Source of the DNA: Streptomyces pactum
GTDB lineage: Bacteria; Actinomycetota; Actinomycetes; Streptomycetales; Streptomycetaceae
Length of the DNA stretch: 32,000 nucleotides
Direction: 5' to 3'
NCBI RefSeq assembly: GCF_016031615.1
Contig: NZ_JACYXC010000001.1
Coordinates: forward strand, 4,062,735-4,094,734
The notes under the pieces were generated by a model. The model was not told where the DNA came from. It was given only the letters and a program-made list of their open reading frames with translations, and did not search any database. Positions 15,969 through 29,913 of this stretch are shown piece by piece; the stretch's first letter is position 1; each line of letters begins with the position of its first letter. The position numbers and the translations under genes were made by a program.

Positions 15969-16031
15969 CTTGCCGGCCCCCGGGCCGCCGTCCGCCACCG
16001 ACGCCCCCGGCGGCGGTTCGGCCGAGCCTTT

Positions 16032-16091
16032 CGGTGACTCCGCCGGACCTCCCGGTGACTCCGCCGGACCGGCCCGGTGACCCGGCCGGCC
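16032..16091. repeat. 21-nt tandem repeat, about 2.5 copies (CGGTGACTCCGCCGGACC core)
   Basis: Perfect 18-nt cores lie at 16032-16049 and 16053-16070, with a degenerate third copy from 16075. The repeat begins shortly after the ptmP stop. Confidence 0.85.
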
Positions 16092-16874
16092 GGGCGTGGT
16101 GACCGGGCGGTGCGTGTCACCGGCCCGGGGTGAGGGGCCGTCCACCGCTCCCTCGGTACCCCGGGTGGCGGAGACGACTGGGGACGGCGGTCCGGGCCCG
16201 ATCGCCCGATGACGCCTCCGGCCGTGCCGTCGGGGCAACCCGCGACCCTGCAGTGGTGGGTTCCGCGGGGCCGGCGCGGGAAGCGGGTCGCCCAAGCGGG
16301 CCGACGGAACGTGCGGGCCGCCGCATGCGTGCCGCTGGGGCGGGCCGGCGGAACGCGCGGGGCCGCCGAACGCGCGGGCCACGCGGGCTGGTTGACGCCG
16401 GCAGCCGGACGGGCCGCGCCGGACCGGTCACCCCGGGCCCCGGCCCCGGGCAGGCCGCTCCGGCCCGGCCCCGGCCCCTGACCGGGAACGCCCTGCCCCC
16501 GGCCGGACAGGGGCGGGTGCCCGGCCCGGGCAGGTGGGGCCCGGTCCGGCGGTGCGAGGTCCGGGCCCGGCCTGCCTCCGTCGAGCGGGTCCGGACGGGG
16601 CTGGGCGGGCCGGGAGCGGGACATTCGGGGGCCGGGTGGGGCAAGCGCGGCCGAGCGGGAGCCGGTCGCCCCCGGGCCGGGAGCCTCGGCAGGCGAGGGG
16701 CCTGGCTCCGGTGGGGCAGGGCCCGGCACACCGCGGTCCCGTCCGCTACCGGTCCGGCCGCCGTTGACGGGTGGCCGGCCCGGCGGCGCGAGATCCGGGC
16801 CCGGCGGGCCCTCATCGAACGGGGCCCGGCCCCAGCAAGGGATTCCGCCCGGCGGGGCGAGGTGCGGCTCCAAT

Positions 16875-16899
16875 CCGGCCCCCGTGGGTCGGGGGCCGG
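16875..16899. terminator. GC-rich hairpin just downstream of the PKS stop
   Basis: CCGGCCCCC (16875-16883) and GGGGGCCGG (16891-16899) form a perfect 9-bp stem with a 7-nt loop, 29-53 nt beyond the ptmQ stop codon (16928-16930) on the minus strand. Confidence 0.4.
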
Positions 16900-16927
16900 A
16901 CCGGAGACCGGGCGGGTCGGGACCGGG

Positions 16928-22511
<5,584 letters not shown>

Positions 22512-22518
<7 letters not shown>

Positions 22519-23585
22519 GCGCCGCTCCCCTCGTCGTCCGCCGGTGCCGCCGTGTGGGACGCGGGCGTCTCCAGCACCGTCACCACCGCGGCGGTGATCA
22601 TCAGTCCCGGGCCGGCGCTGAGCATCAGCAGGTGGTCGCCCGCGGCCAGCCGCCCGGAGCAGGCCAGGTGGTCGAGGTGGATGCCGACGTCGGCGGCGCC
22701 CGCGTGGCCCACGTCGCGGAAGAACTCCACCGACCCGAGCGAGGCGTCCAGGCCCATCGGCCGCAGGTGGCTGTCGAGGAAGTCGGTGGTGGCCGCCCCC
22801 AGGTGGAGCACGTGGGACAGGTCCGGCACGGTGATCCCGGCCTCGCTCGCCACCTGCTCCACCAGCTTGGTGCCGCTCGCGCCGTACTCCTCGACGATCT
22901 CCGACGCCCGGGGGCCCAGTTCCGCGACCATCGCCTCCAGGTGCTCGTTCATGTCGAGCTTCTTCCCGAGGGTGAGCGCCGGCGGGAAGATCGGGGCGTG
23001 CCCGCGGTTGAGGATCTCGAACTGCGGCAGCGAGACCGACTCCACCGCCCGCAGCTCCGCCCAGCCGGACCGCTTGGAGAGCACCACCGCGGCGCCCGCG
23101 TCGGCGAGCACCGAGTCCCGGTGCGCGTGCCAGCGGTCCACCGACGGGGCCCCGAAGTTGTCGGCGGCGCTCACCACGGCACCGCTGCGCGTCGGCGCGC
23201 ACAGCAGGTACTGGGTGGCCATCTCCAGCGCGGCCAGGAACGCGTTGCACCCCTGTTCCACGGTGAGCGCCGGGACCGGGGTGCCCAGGGTGGCGCGGAG
23301 GATGTAGTGCGGGGCCGACCAGCCGTCCGGCCCCTGGTGGTAGGCGCACGAGTGCACCAGCAGGTCGATGTCGTCCCGGCTCAGGCCGGAGCGTGCCACC
23401 GCCTGCCGCACCGCGGCCACGGCCATGTCCGGTGCCGATATCCCGTCGGCCACGGCGACGTTCCGCCAGCCGCAGGACTCCATCCGTTCCCGCTCGTACC
23501 AGCCGCGCCGCACCGCGTCCTCCACGCTGGTCCGCTCGGGGAGGTACGCCCCGGTCGCTGCCAGGAAAATGCCCGGTGTTCTCAC
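22512..23585 (-). CDS. ptmR: KAS III (FabH)-like protein; probably an acyltransferase rather than a condensing enzyme
   Basis: The start is GTG 23585 (MRTPGIFLAATGAYLPE, a typical FabH N-terminus). The active-site Cys is in VEQGCNAFLAAL and the His in HVLHLGAA. The position of the FabH Asn (GNTSAAS) reads GHAGAAD. Confidence 0.8.
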
Positions 23586-23598
23586 TCTTCCGATGTCC

Positions 23599-25116
23599 TC
23601 ACTGATCGTTCCGCGGCCTGATGACCTTCCCGGTCTCGGTCGTCGGCAGTTCCGCCACGGCGGCGAAGGTGTGGGGGGTCCGGGAGTCCGACAGACGCTC
23701 CCGGCAGAAGCGGTCCAGCGCGGCGAGGTCCACCGTCTCCGGGGTCACCGTGGCGCTGACGCGCTGCCCCAGGACCGGATCCGGTACGCCGGTCACCAGG
23801 CAGGAGGCGACCTCCGGCCAGGCGAGCAGGACCGCCTCCACCTCCTCCGGACTGACCTTCGCGCCGGCGACGTTGATGCAGGTGGACAGCCGCCCGGCCA
23901 GGACCAGGTCGTCCCCCTCCCACCGGGCCAGGTCACCGGTGGTGAACCCGCCGCGCGACGGGCCGGTGTCGACCGCGTCCCCGTCCGCGTAACCGAGCAT
24001 CATCGACGGCGACTCCACGGTCACCAGCCCCGTCCCGGCCCCGGGCCCGGCTCCGGGCCCCGTCGCGTCCCGGGGCCCCGTCGCATCGGCCCTCGTCGCG
24101 TCCCCGGACCCCGTTCCGGCCCCGGCCTCCGGCGCGTCCCCCGGAACCGGCGCCAGGGTGACCTTCACCCCGGGCAGCGGTACGCCGGGCCGCCGCAGGC
24201 CCGGCCGCCACGGCCGGGGGGCCCGGACACAGATCGGCCCGGTCTCGGTGGTCCCGTACACCTCGCCGACGTTCCCGCCGAGCCGCACCGCGACCTGTTC
24301 GGCGGTGTGCGCGTCCAGCGCCATCCCGGCGGAGAGGAACCCGACCGGGCGCCCGGCGGGCACCGGGCCGCGGGCCGACTTCGCCAGCAGCCGCAGCATC
24401 GGCGGCACCCCGACGAAGAGCGCCACGTCCCCGGCGGCCAGCTCCCGCAGCAGCATCCGCGGCCGGTCCGGCGGCAGCTGGCGGACCGGCGCGCCGGCCA
24501 GCGGGGCGGCCAGCGCGCACAGCCCGAACCCGTAGGCGTGCTGGAGCGGCACCGGGCACAGCAGCGTGGTCCTGGGGGTCAGCCGCAGCGCGTCACGGTA
24601 GTGGTCCGCCTCCGCGAGCAGGGCGGCGGCCGGGCGCAGCGCCACCCGCGGCCGGCCGGTGGTGCCCGAGGTGAGCTGCGCGGTGGCGGCCTCGGCGAAC
24701 GCCGGCCGGATACGCCCCGGCCCCCGGCTCAGCGCCCGGTCCCCGCACCCGGTGACCGGGCCGGCGAGGGTGAGCGGCGATTCGGGCGGCGCGGCCAGGA
24801 AGTCGAGCGGGCAGCCCTCCTGGAGCCGGTCCAGCTCCCACCGGGTGAGCTTGCGGGAGAGCGGGACGGCCACCCCGCCGGCCTCGATGATCGCGAACAC
24901 ATCGCTGATGAACTCGGCCGGCGGTCCGGCCACGGTGCCCACCAGGGCGCCCGGCCCCACGCCCAGCTCGCCGAGGGCCCGGACCTTGGCCTCGGTCCGG
25001 GCCAGCAGCTCCCGGGCGCCGGTGACGGTGTCGCCCGCCACCACCAGCGGGGCGTCACCGAGCCGGGCGGCCCGGTCCCGGAGCCGGGCGAGCAGCTCCG
25101 CGCGGGCGGAGGTCAT
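23599..25116 (-). CDS. ptmS: AMP-forming acyl-CoA/acyl-ACP ligase (adenylate-forming enzyme)
   Basis: ATG 25116 overlaps the stop of the upstream aminotransferase (ATGA). Motifs are QLTSGTTGRPR, EVYGTTETG, TGDLARW and the C-terminal TETGKV. A ~35-aa Gly/Ala/Asp-rich insertion lies at about 24040-24140. Confidence 0.85.
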   Translation of the reverse strand: MTSARAELLARLRDRAARLGDAPLVVAGDTVTGARELLARTEAKVRALGELGVGPGALVGTVAGPPAEFISDVFAIIEAGGVAVPLSRKLTRWELDRLQEGCPLDFLAAPPESPLTLAGPVTGCGDRALSRGPGRIRPAFAEAATAQLTSGTTGRPRVALRPAAALLAEADHYRDALRLTPRTTLLCPVPLQHAYGFGLCALAAPLAGAPVRQLPPDRPRMLLRELAAGDVALFVGVPPMLRLLAKSARGPVPAGRPVGFLSAGMALDAHTAEQVAVRLGGNVGEVYGTTETGPICVRAPRPWRPGLRRPGVPLPGVKVTLAPVPGDAPEAGAGTGSGDATRADATGPRDATGPGAGPGAGTGLVTVESPSMMLGYADGDAVDTGPSRGGFTTGDLARWEGDDLVLAGRLSTCINVAGAKVSPEEVEAVLLAWPEVASCLVTGVPDPVLGQRVSATVTPETVDLAALDRFCRERLSDSRTPHTFAAVAELPTTETGKVIRPRNDQ

Positions 25117-26447
25117 CCGAGTCCGACCAGGGACCGCTGCAGCGCCCCGGCGACCTTGTCGATGACGTCGCGGGTGTGCGCGGTGCTCAGGAACCACGGC
25201 TCCAGCGCGTTGGGGTGGAAGTACACGCCCTCCTTCTGCGCCAGCGTCTGGAGGCGGCGGTGCCGGGGGAAGTCGACGAGCGCGGCGAGCTGCCGCAGGT
25301 CACGGGGTTCGGCGGAGGGCTCGGCCGACCCCTTCAGGAGGGCCACCGACATCAGGGTGCCGACCCGGTTGATGTGCACCGGCCGCTTCTCGGTGGCGAA
25401 CACCTCGCGCACGGTGTCCTCCATGTACTGCCCGGTGTCCTCCAGCCGTTCGTACAGATCGGGCAGGGAACGTATCTTGCCGAGCATGGCGACCACCGCC
25501 CGCAGCGCGGCGTGGTTGCCCGCGTAGACGCCCGCGTGGTGCGCCTCGTTGCTGGCCAGCATCCGCATGGCGTGCCGGCGCCCGCCGAACGCGGCCACCG
25601 GGAAACCGCCGCCCATCACCTTGGAGAGCACGGTCAGGTCGGGCTCGACGCCGTACCGTTCCTGTGCCCCGCCGCGGGCCACCCGGAAGCCGGTGATCAC
25701 CTCGTCGAAGACGAGCATCGCGCCGCTGCGCCCGGTCAGCTCCCGCAGCAGCTGGAGGAAGCCGGGCGCCGGCGGGATCACCCCGGCGTTGGCCAGCACC
25801 GGCTCCACGATGACCGCCGCGATCCGGTCGCCGTCCCGGGCGAACAGCTCCCGCAGCGCGTCCGGGTCGTTCCAGCCGAGCTGCACGGTGTGGGCGAGCG
25901 CCTCCGGGATCATCCCCAGCGCGCCGGGGACGACGTCGGTGGGCCGGGTGCCCTCCATGTGCAGCGCGGTCTTGCCGGCCCGCAGGACCGTTTCGCTCCA
26001 GCCGTGGTAGTGGCCCTCGAAGGTGACGACCAGGGTGCGGCCGGTGGTGGCGCGGGCCAGCCGCAGCGCGGACGCCACGGCCTCGGTACCGGAGTTGGCG
26101 AACCTGACCTGCTCCACACCCGGCACCAGCTCGGCGATGAGCGCGCCGGCCCGGGCGTCCAGCTCGTGCGGCAGTCCGGTCATGTGGCCCTTGGCGAACT
26201 GGTCGGCCACCGCGTCGAGGACCTCCCGGTCGGCGTAGCCGAACAGATGGGGCCCGTACCCCATGTTGAGGTCGATGATCTCGCCGTCCTCCACGTCGCG
26301 GAGCAGGCAACCGCCGGCGCTCCGTACGACCAGCGGCAATGGAACCGCCGCGGCGCGCATGCTGCTGCTCACTCCGCCGGCGATGACGCTTTTTATGCCG
26401 TCAAGGGACTCGGCATTCGTCGGGCGGTCGGCATCGTTGGCACCCAC
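25113..26447 (-). CDS. ptmT: Class III PLP-dependent aminotransferase of the glutamate-1-semialdehyde 2,1-aminomutase-like type
   Basis: GTG 26447 lies 6 nt after GGAGG. The HemL-like N-terminus is IAGGVSSSMRAA. Other motifs are FANSGTEAV, FDEVITGFR and the PLP-Lys region LSKVMGGGFP. The 521-aa ORF starting at 26678 is rejected as an upstream extension. Confidence 0.8.
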   Translation of the reverse strand: MGANDADRPTNAESLDGIKSVIAGGVSSSMRAAAVPLPLVVRSAGGCLLRDVEDGEIIDLNMGYGPHLFGYADREVLDAVADQFAKGHMTGLPHELDARAGALIAELVPGVEQVRFANSGTEAVASALRLARATTGRTLVVTFEGHYHGWSETVLRAGKTALHMEGTRPTDVVPGALGMIPEALAHTVQLGWNDPDALRELFARDGDRIAAVIVEPVLANAGVIPPAPGFLQLLRELTGRSGAMLVFDEVITGFRVARGGAQERYGVEPDLTVLSKVMGGGFPVAAFGGRRHAMRMLASNEAHHAGVYAGNHAALRAVVAMLGKIRSLPDLYERLEDTGQYMEDTVREVFATEKRPVHINRVGTLMSVALLKGSAEPSAEPRDLRQLAALVDFPRHRRLQTLAQKEGVYFHPNALEPWFLSTAHTRDVIDKVAGALQRSLVGLG

Positions 26448-26692
26448 TGAGAACCTCCGGCTTCGACGGCATATTCCCGGACCACAGATTGCCGCAGGGC
26501 GTTGCTGTCCGATAGTGACCGTTGGCGGATTGGCTGGATCGCGGGGGTGGGCGGCCCGCACCCGATGGCATGATCGGACGGGCCGCAGCGGCGGACCGAA
26601 GAGGGCGAATGCCGAGGAGCGCCACCGAAAAGGACAGCGCCACAGCGAAAGTGCACATCGCGGACGGGGGAGTCCCACCGAGAGGGGATGTC

Positions 26693-27448
26693 ATGTCGTC
26701 TCGCCGAGCCGTCGCCGTGGTCACCGGGGCGGGGTCGGGACTGGGCGCCGCCGTCGCGCTGCGGCTGGCCGCCACCCATGACCTGGTACTGACCCATCTG
26801 ACCGAGGACGACGCGCTCGCCGAGACCGCCGGGCGGGCCGCGGCGGCCGGCGCCCGGGTGCTGGCCACCGTCCCCGGTGACCTCACCGACCGGCGGACCG
26901 TGGACCGGCTCGAAGCGCGGATGGCCGAACACGCCGAACACCTCGACGTCCTGGTGTGCAACGCGGGCGCCTACCGTTACGTGCCCTGGCCGGAAACCTC
27001 CTGGGAGGACATCCGGGCGGCCGTGGAAGTCAATCTGCTGGCGCATATCGCGTGCATACACGCCGCAACCCCGCATTTGGTGGCACGCGGAATGGGCCGC
27101 ATCGTCGCGATTTCCACGGTTCTCACCCAACTCGGACGGGTGGAACTCGCGCCGTACATTGCCGCGAAGGGTGGACTGGAGTCACTCGTTCGTGCGCTGG
27201 CTCGCGAACTCGGGCCGCACGGCATTACAGTGAATGCCGTTCGACCAGGGTCGATCGAGCTGAGTGTGGAACAAAGGCGCCACCCGGATTATCCCACCTG
27301 GCGGCAGCGCGAGTTCGCGCGGCAGTGCATCAAACGCCACGGGCGCCCGGAAGATGTCGCGGCGGCGGTGGCCTTTCTGGTTTCCCCGGAGGCCGGATTC
27401 ATCACGGGCCAGAGTCTGACCGTGGACGGCGGGTGGGATCTCAACTGA
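26693..27448 (+). CDS. ptmU: Short-chain dehydrogenase/reductase (SDR)
   Basis: ATG 26693 follows GAGAGGGGA. Motifs are VVTGAGSGLG (TGxxxGxG), CNAG, the catalytic YIAAKGG (YxxxK) and the C-terminal GQSLTVDGGW. Confidence 0.85.
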   Translation: MSSRRAVAVVTGAGSGLGAAVALRLAATHDLVLTHLTEDDALAETAGRAAAAGARVLATVPGDLTDRRTVDRLEARMAEHAEHLDVLVCNAGAYRYVPWPETSWEDIRAAVEVNLLAHIACIHAATPHLVARGMGRIVAISTVLTQLGRVELAPYIAAKGGLESLVRALARELGPHGITVNAVRPGSIELSVEQRRHPDYPTWRQREFARQCIKRHGRPEDVAAAVAFLVSPEAGFITGQSLTVDGGWDLN

Positions 27449-27485
27449 CCTGCGTGCGGCTGCCCGCAGGCCGAGCCCAAGGACC

Positions 27486-28166
27486 ATGACGCTGATGGCG
27501 TACGGAGAACAACCCCTCACGCGCGTGCTGCTGGTGCGGCACGCCCAGTCCCACGCCAGTGTCCGGAAGGTCGTGGCCGGCGCCGCGACCTGCGAGGGCC
27601 TCACGGAACACGGCCGTGAACAGGCCGGACGCCTGGCCGCCCGGCTGGCCGCCGAACGGCTGCGCCCGGACGCCCTGCTGACCAGCCCGGTCCGCCGGGC
27701 CCGGGAGACCGCCACCGTCCTCGCGGCCGGCCTCGGCCTGCCGGAACCGGTGGTCGAGCCCGAGGTGCGGGAACTGGACTTCGGCGCGGCGGACGGCCTG
27801 TCGATCGACGAGTACGGCCGCCGCCACGGCACCTTCGACATGACCGCCGAGCCCGACCGGCCCTTCGCCCCCGGCGGCGAGAGCTGGTCCGGGTTCCGCG
27901 GCCGGGCCGGCCGGGTGATGGGCGAGCTGGCCGACCGGTACCCGGGCGGCACCGTCCTGGTGGTCTGCCACGCCGGCCTCATCGTCGCCGCCACCTCCGG
28001 GCTGCTGGACGTCGCCCCGCCGGTCCTCTTCACCGACGCCTCCCCGGCCGCCACGTCCGTCAACGAGTTCGTCCGCTCCGACACCGGCTGGAGCCTGCTC
28101 CGGTTCGACGACGCCGCGCACCTGGAAGGAGCCGCCGGGCCGCTGCCGGGCGAACCGGTGCGCTGA
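27486..28166 (+). CDS. ptmV: Histidine-phosphatase superfamily protein (phosphoglycerate-mutase-like)
   Basis: ATG 27486 follows AAGGA. Motifs are LLVRHAQS (a variant of the RHG motif), LLTSPVRRARETA and VVCHAGLI. The symbol is assigned only from position after ptmU in the remembered lettering and is my least certain symbol. Confidence 0.7.
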   Translation: MTLMAYGEQPLTRVLLVRHAQSHASVRKVVAGAATCEGLTEHGREQAGRLAARLAAERLRPDALLTSPVRRARETATVLAAGLGLPEPVVEPEVRELDFGAADGLSIDEYGRRHGTFDMTAEPDRPFAPGGESWSGFRGRAGRVMGELADRYPGGTVLVVCHAGLIVAATSGLLDVAPPVLFTDASPAATSVNEFVRSDTGWSLLRFDDAAHLEGAAGPLPGEPVR

Positions 28167-28297
28167 GTCACCGAGGCGCTGAGCCGATGCGCGGTGGGCC
28201 GGTGCGGTGGGTCGGCTCGGTGGGCCGGTGCGATGGCCGATGCCCGCCGGGCCAGGCCGGCCGGCGACGGGGCGGGTGCCGGTGGACCGGTCGCGGG

Positions 28298-28378
28298 GGT
28301 CGCGATGCGCCGGGGCGGGTACCGGCGGGCCGGACGCAAGGGTCGCGATGCGCCGGGGCGGGTACCGGCGGGCCGGAC
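28298..28378. repeat. Two perfect 38-nt direct repeats separated by 5 nt (43-nt period)
   Basis: GGTCGCGATGCGCCGGGGCGGGTACCGGCGGGCCGGAC occurs at 28298-28335 and 28341-28378. A partial third start (GGTCGCG) lies at 28380-28386. Confidence 0.9.
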
Positions 28379-28473
28379 TGGTCGCGTCCCGCGCCGCGGC
28401 GGCGTACGGGAACGCACACCGGCGTGGGGGACCGCCGTGGCCGCCGGGTCCGGGCACGGCACATCCCCGCCCG

Positions 28474-28525
28474 GCCCCGGCCCCCGTCGCCGGCTCGGCC
28501 CTCAGCCCCGGCCCCCGTCGCCGGC
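28474..28525. repeat. Two perfect 21-nt direct repeats with a 31-nt period
   Basis: GCCCCGGCCCCCGTCGCCGGC occurs at 28474-28494 and 28505-28525 within a Pro-codon-like CCCGG-rich tract. Confidence 0.9.
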
Positions 28526-29145
28526 CCGGCCCCCCAGCCCCGGCCTCAGGCCCGGCCGGTCCCCCGGCCCCCCAGACCCAGGCCCGGCCCCGGCACCCGC
28601 GCCAGGAGCCGGGAGGGTGCGCGGCCGGCCCGGCGCGCGCCGGGCACTCCCGTTCGCCGTACCGCCCGGCGGAATGCATGTCCGCCCGCGGCGGGAATCG
28701 CGCCGTCCGCCGCGAACGCCACCGCGCGCGCCCGGAATTCCGTCGCCCGCCCCGCCCGGCCCCGGCCCGGCGCCGAGCGGGCGGCCGGCCGTACCGGAGA
28801 ACCGCGAGATCCGGTCGGATATGCGGTGGAGCCGGTACGGACGGCGGGTGGAATCCCTGTCGCGCCCCGCTTGAGCCCGCCGTCTCGCCGAGGCCGCGGA
28901 GAAGCGGGCCGGACCCGGCCGCGGCCGGTGATTTCCCGGCGGGGGGCGAACAACTGGCCGAATGGGTGATCGTATGCGTCCGCTGAGTGATGTATTCGGG
29001 TCTTCTGGCGCAGGACTGAGTGAAGAGGCCGTGTCGGGACGGCTTCCTCGAAACAGTGCACGCGGCGCGTGTCGGCACCGCTACGGTAAGTCGCGGGGTG
29101 TCGCTTCGGGGGCGCGGCGAGTCGATTGGCCGGGAGGAGAGAGAC

Positions 29146-29913
29146 ATGGTGCACGAACAGTCCGGCGGTACGCCCGCCGAGCACCTCGACGGGCTGCTGG
29201 CCCGCGCCCAGAACGGGTTCGAGATCGACGATACGGTCATCATCCGGCTGCGGGACGCTCTGATGCACCAGACCGAGCTGCGTTCCTGCCGCCAGTGCAA
29301 CGAGCCGCCGGCTCCCCGGGGTTACACCACCTTCCGGCACATCTTCCTGCTCCCGGACGGCAGCAGCGTGGTGCTGTGGGAGCTCCAGCACAGCGCCGGC
29401 CCGGGGGACGGCCTCCAGCACGAGCTGTACGCCGACGAGGAGGCGCTGCTGCGGGCGGAGCGGCGCGCGCACCTGCGGACCGGCGGCACCAGCTGGGCGG
29501 AGGTCACCCTGGAGGGCCTCCGTCCCGAGGAGGTGCTGCGTACCCCGCTGCCGGTGGAGACGGTACGGGCGTACGTGGCGGACAACTCCGCCGACCACGC
29601 GCGGCGGGTGCTGCGCCGGGCGGAGAACGAGGACCGGCCGGGCAAGGACGTCGAGCGGCTGCTGGAGACGGCGTTCGCGCACGACATCGCCCTCGCCCCC
29701 AAGCCCCGGCGGCGGTCGGGCGGCGAGGACACCACCTGGTGCCGCTTCTACGAGCACGCGTTCCTGCTGGCCGGCGGGGACGAGATCACCCTCTGGGAGC
29801 TGGAGCACAACCTGACCAGCGACGGACGGCTGGTCTGCGAGGTCTACCTCGACGAGGGGGCGGCCGAGATGGCGGCGGACCGGCGCGCCCGGGCCCGCGG
29901 CGTCGAGCTCTGA
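29146..29913 (+). CDS. Hypothetical protein (255 aa) with an internal two-fold repeat
   Basis: ATG 29146 follows a strong SD (GGGAGGAGAGAGAC). GC3 is high. Two ~50-aa repeats share FxHxFLLxxGxx[IV]xLWEL[QE]H...[ED][LV]Y.DE.A...A.RRA: residues ~61-110 (nt 29326-29475) and ~198-251 (nt 29737-29898). I recognise no catalytic motif. Confidence 0.6.
   Translation: MVHEQSGGTPAEHLDGLLARAQNGFEIDDTVIIRLRDALMHQTELRSCRQCNEPPAPRGYTTFRHIFLLPDGSSVVLWELQHSAGPGDGLQHELYADEEALLRAERRAHLRTGGTSWAEVTLEGLRPEEVLRTPLPVETVRAYVADNSADHARRVLRRAENEDRPGKDVERLLETAFAHDIALAPKPRRRSGGEDTTWCRFYEHAFLLAGGDEITLWELEHNLTSDGRLVCEVYLDEGAAEMAADRRARARGVEL

Noticed and set aside
15248-16873. N-terminal extension of the hydrolase ORF to 807 aa
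   Set aside because: The upstream ~540 residues are Pro/Arg/Gly-rich nonsense that overlaps the well-supported PPTase gene on the opposite strand. The alpha/beta-hydrolase fold begins ~25 aa before VVLLHALG, as is usual.
28298-28378. Direct repeats considered as a possible CRISPR array
   Set aside because: There are only two full copies, the spacer between them is just 5 nt, there are no cas genes, and the repeats are G+C-rich tandem duplications rather than repeat-spacer units.
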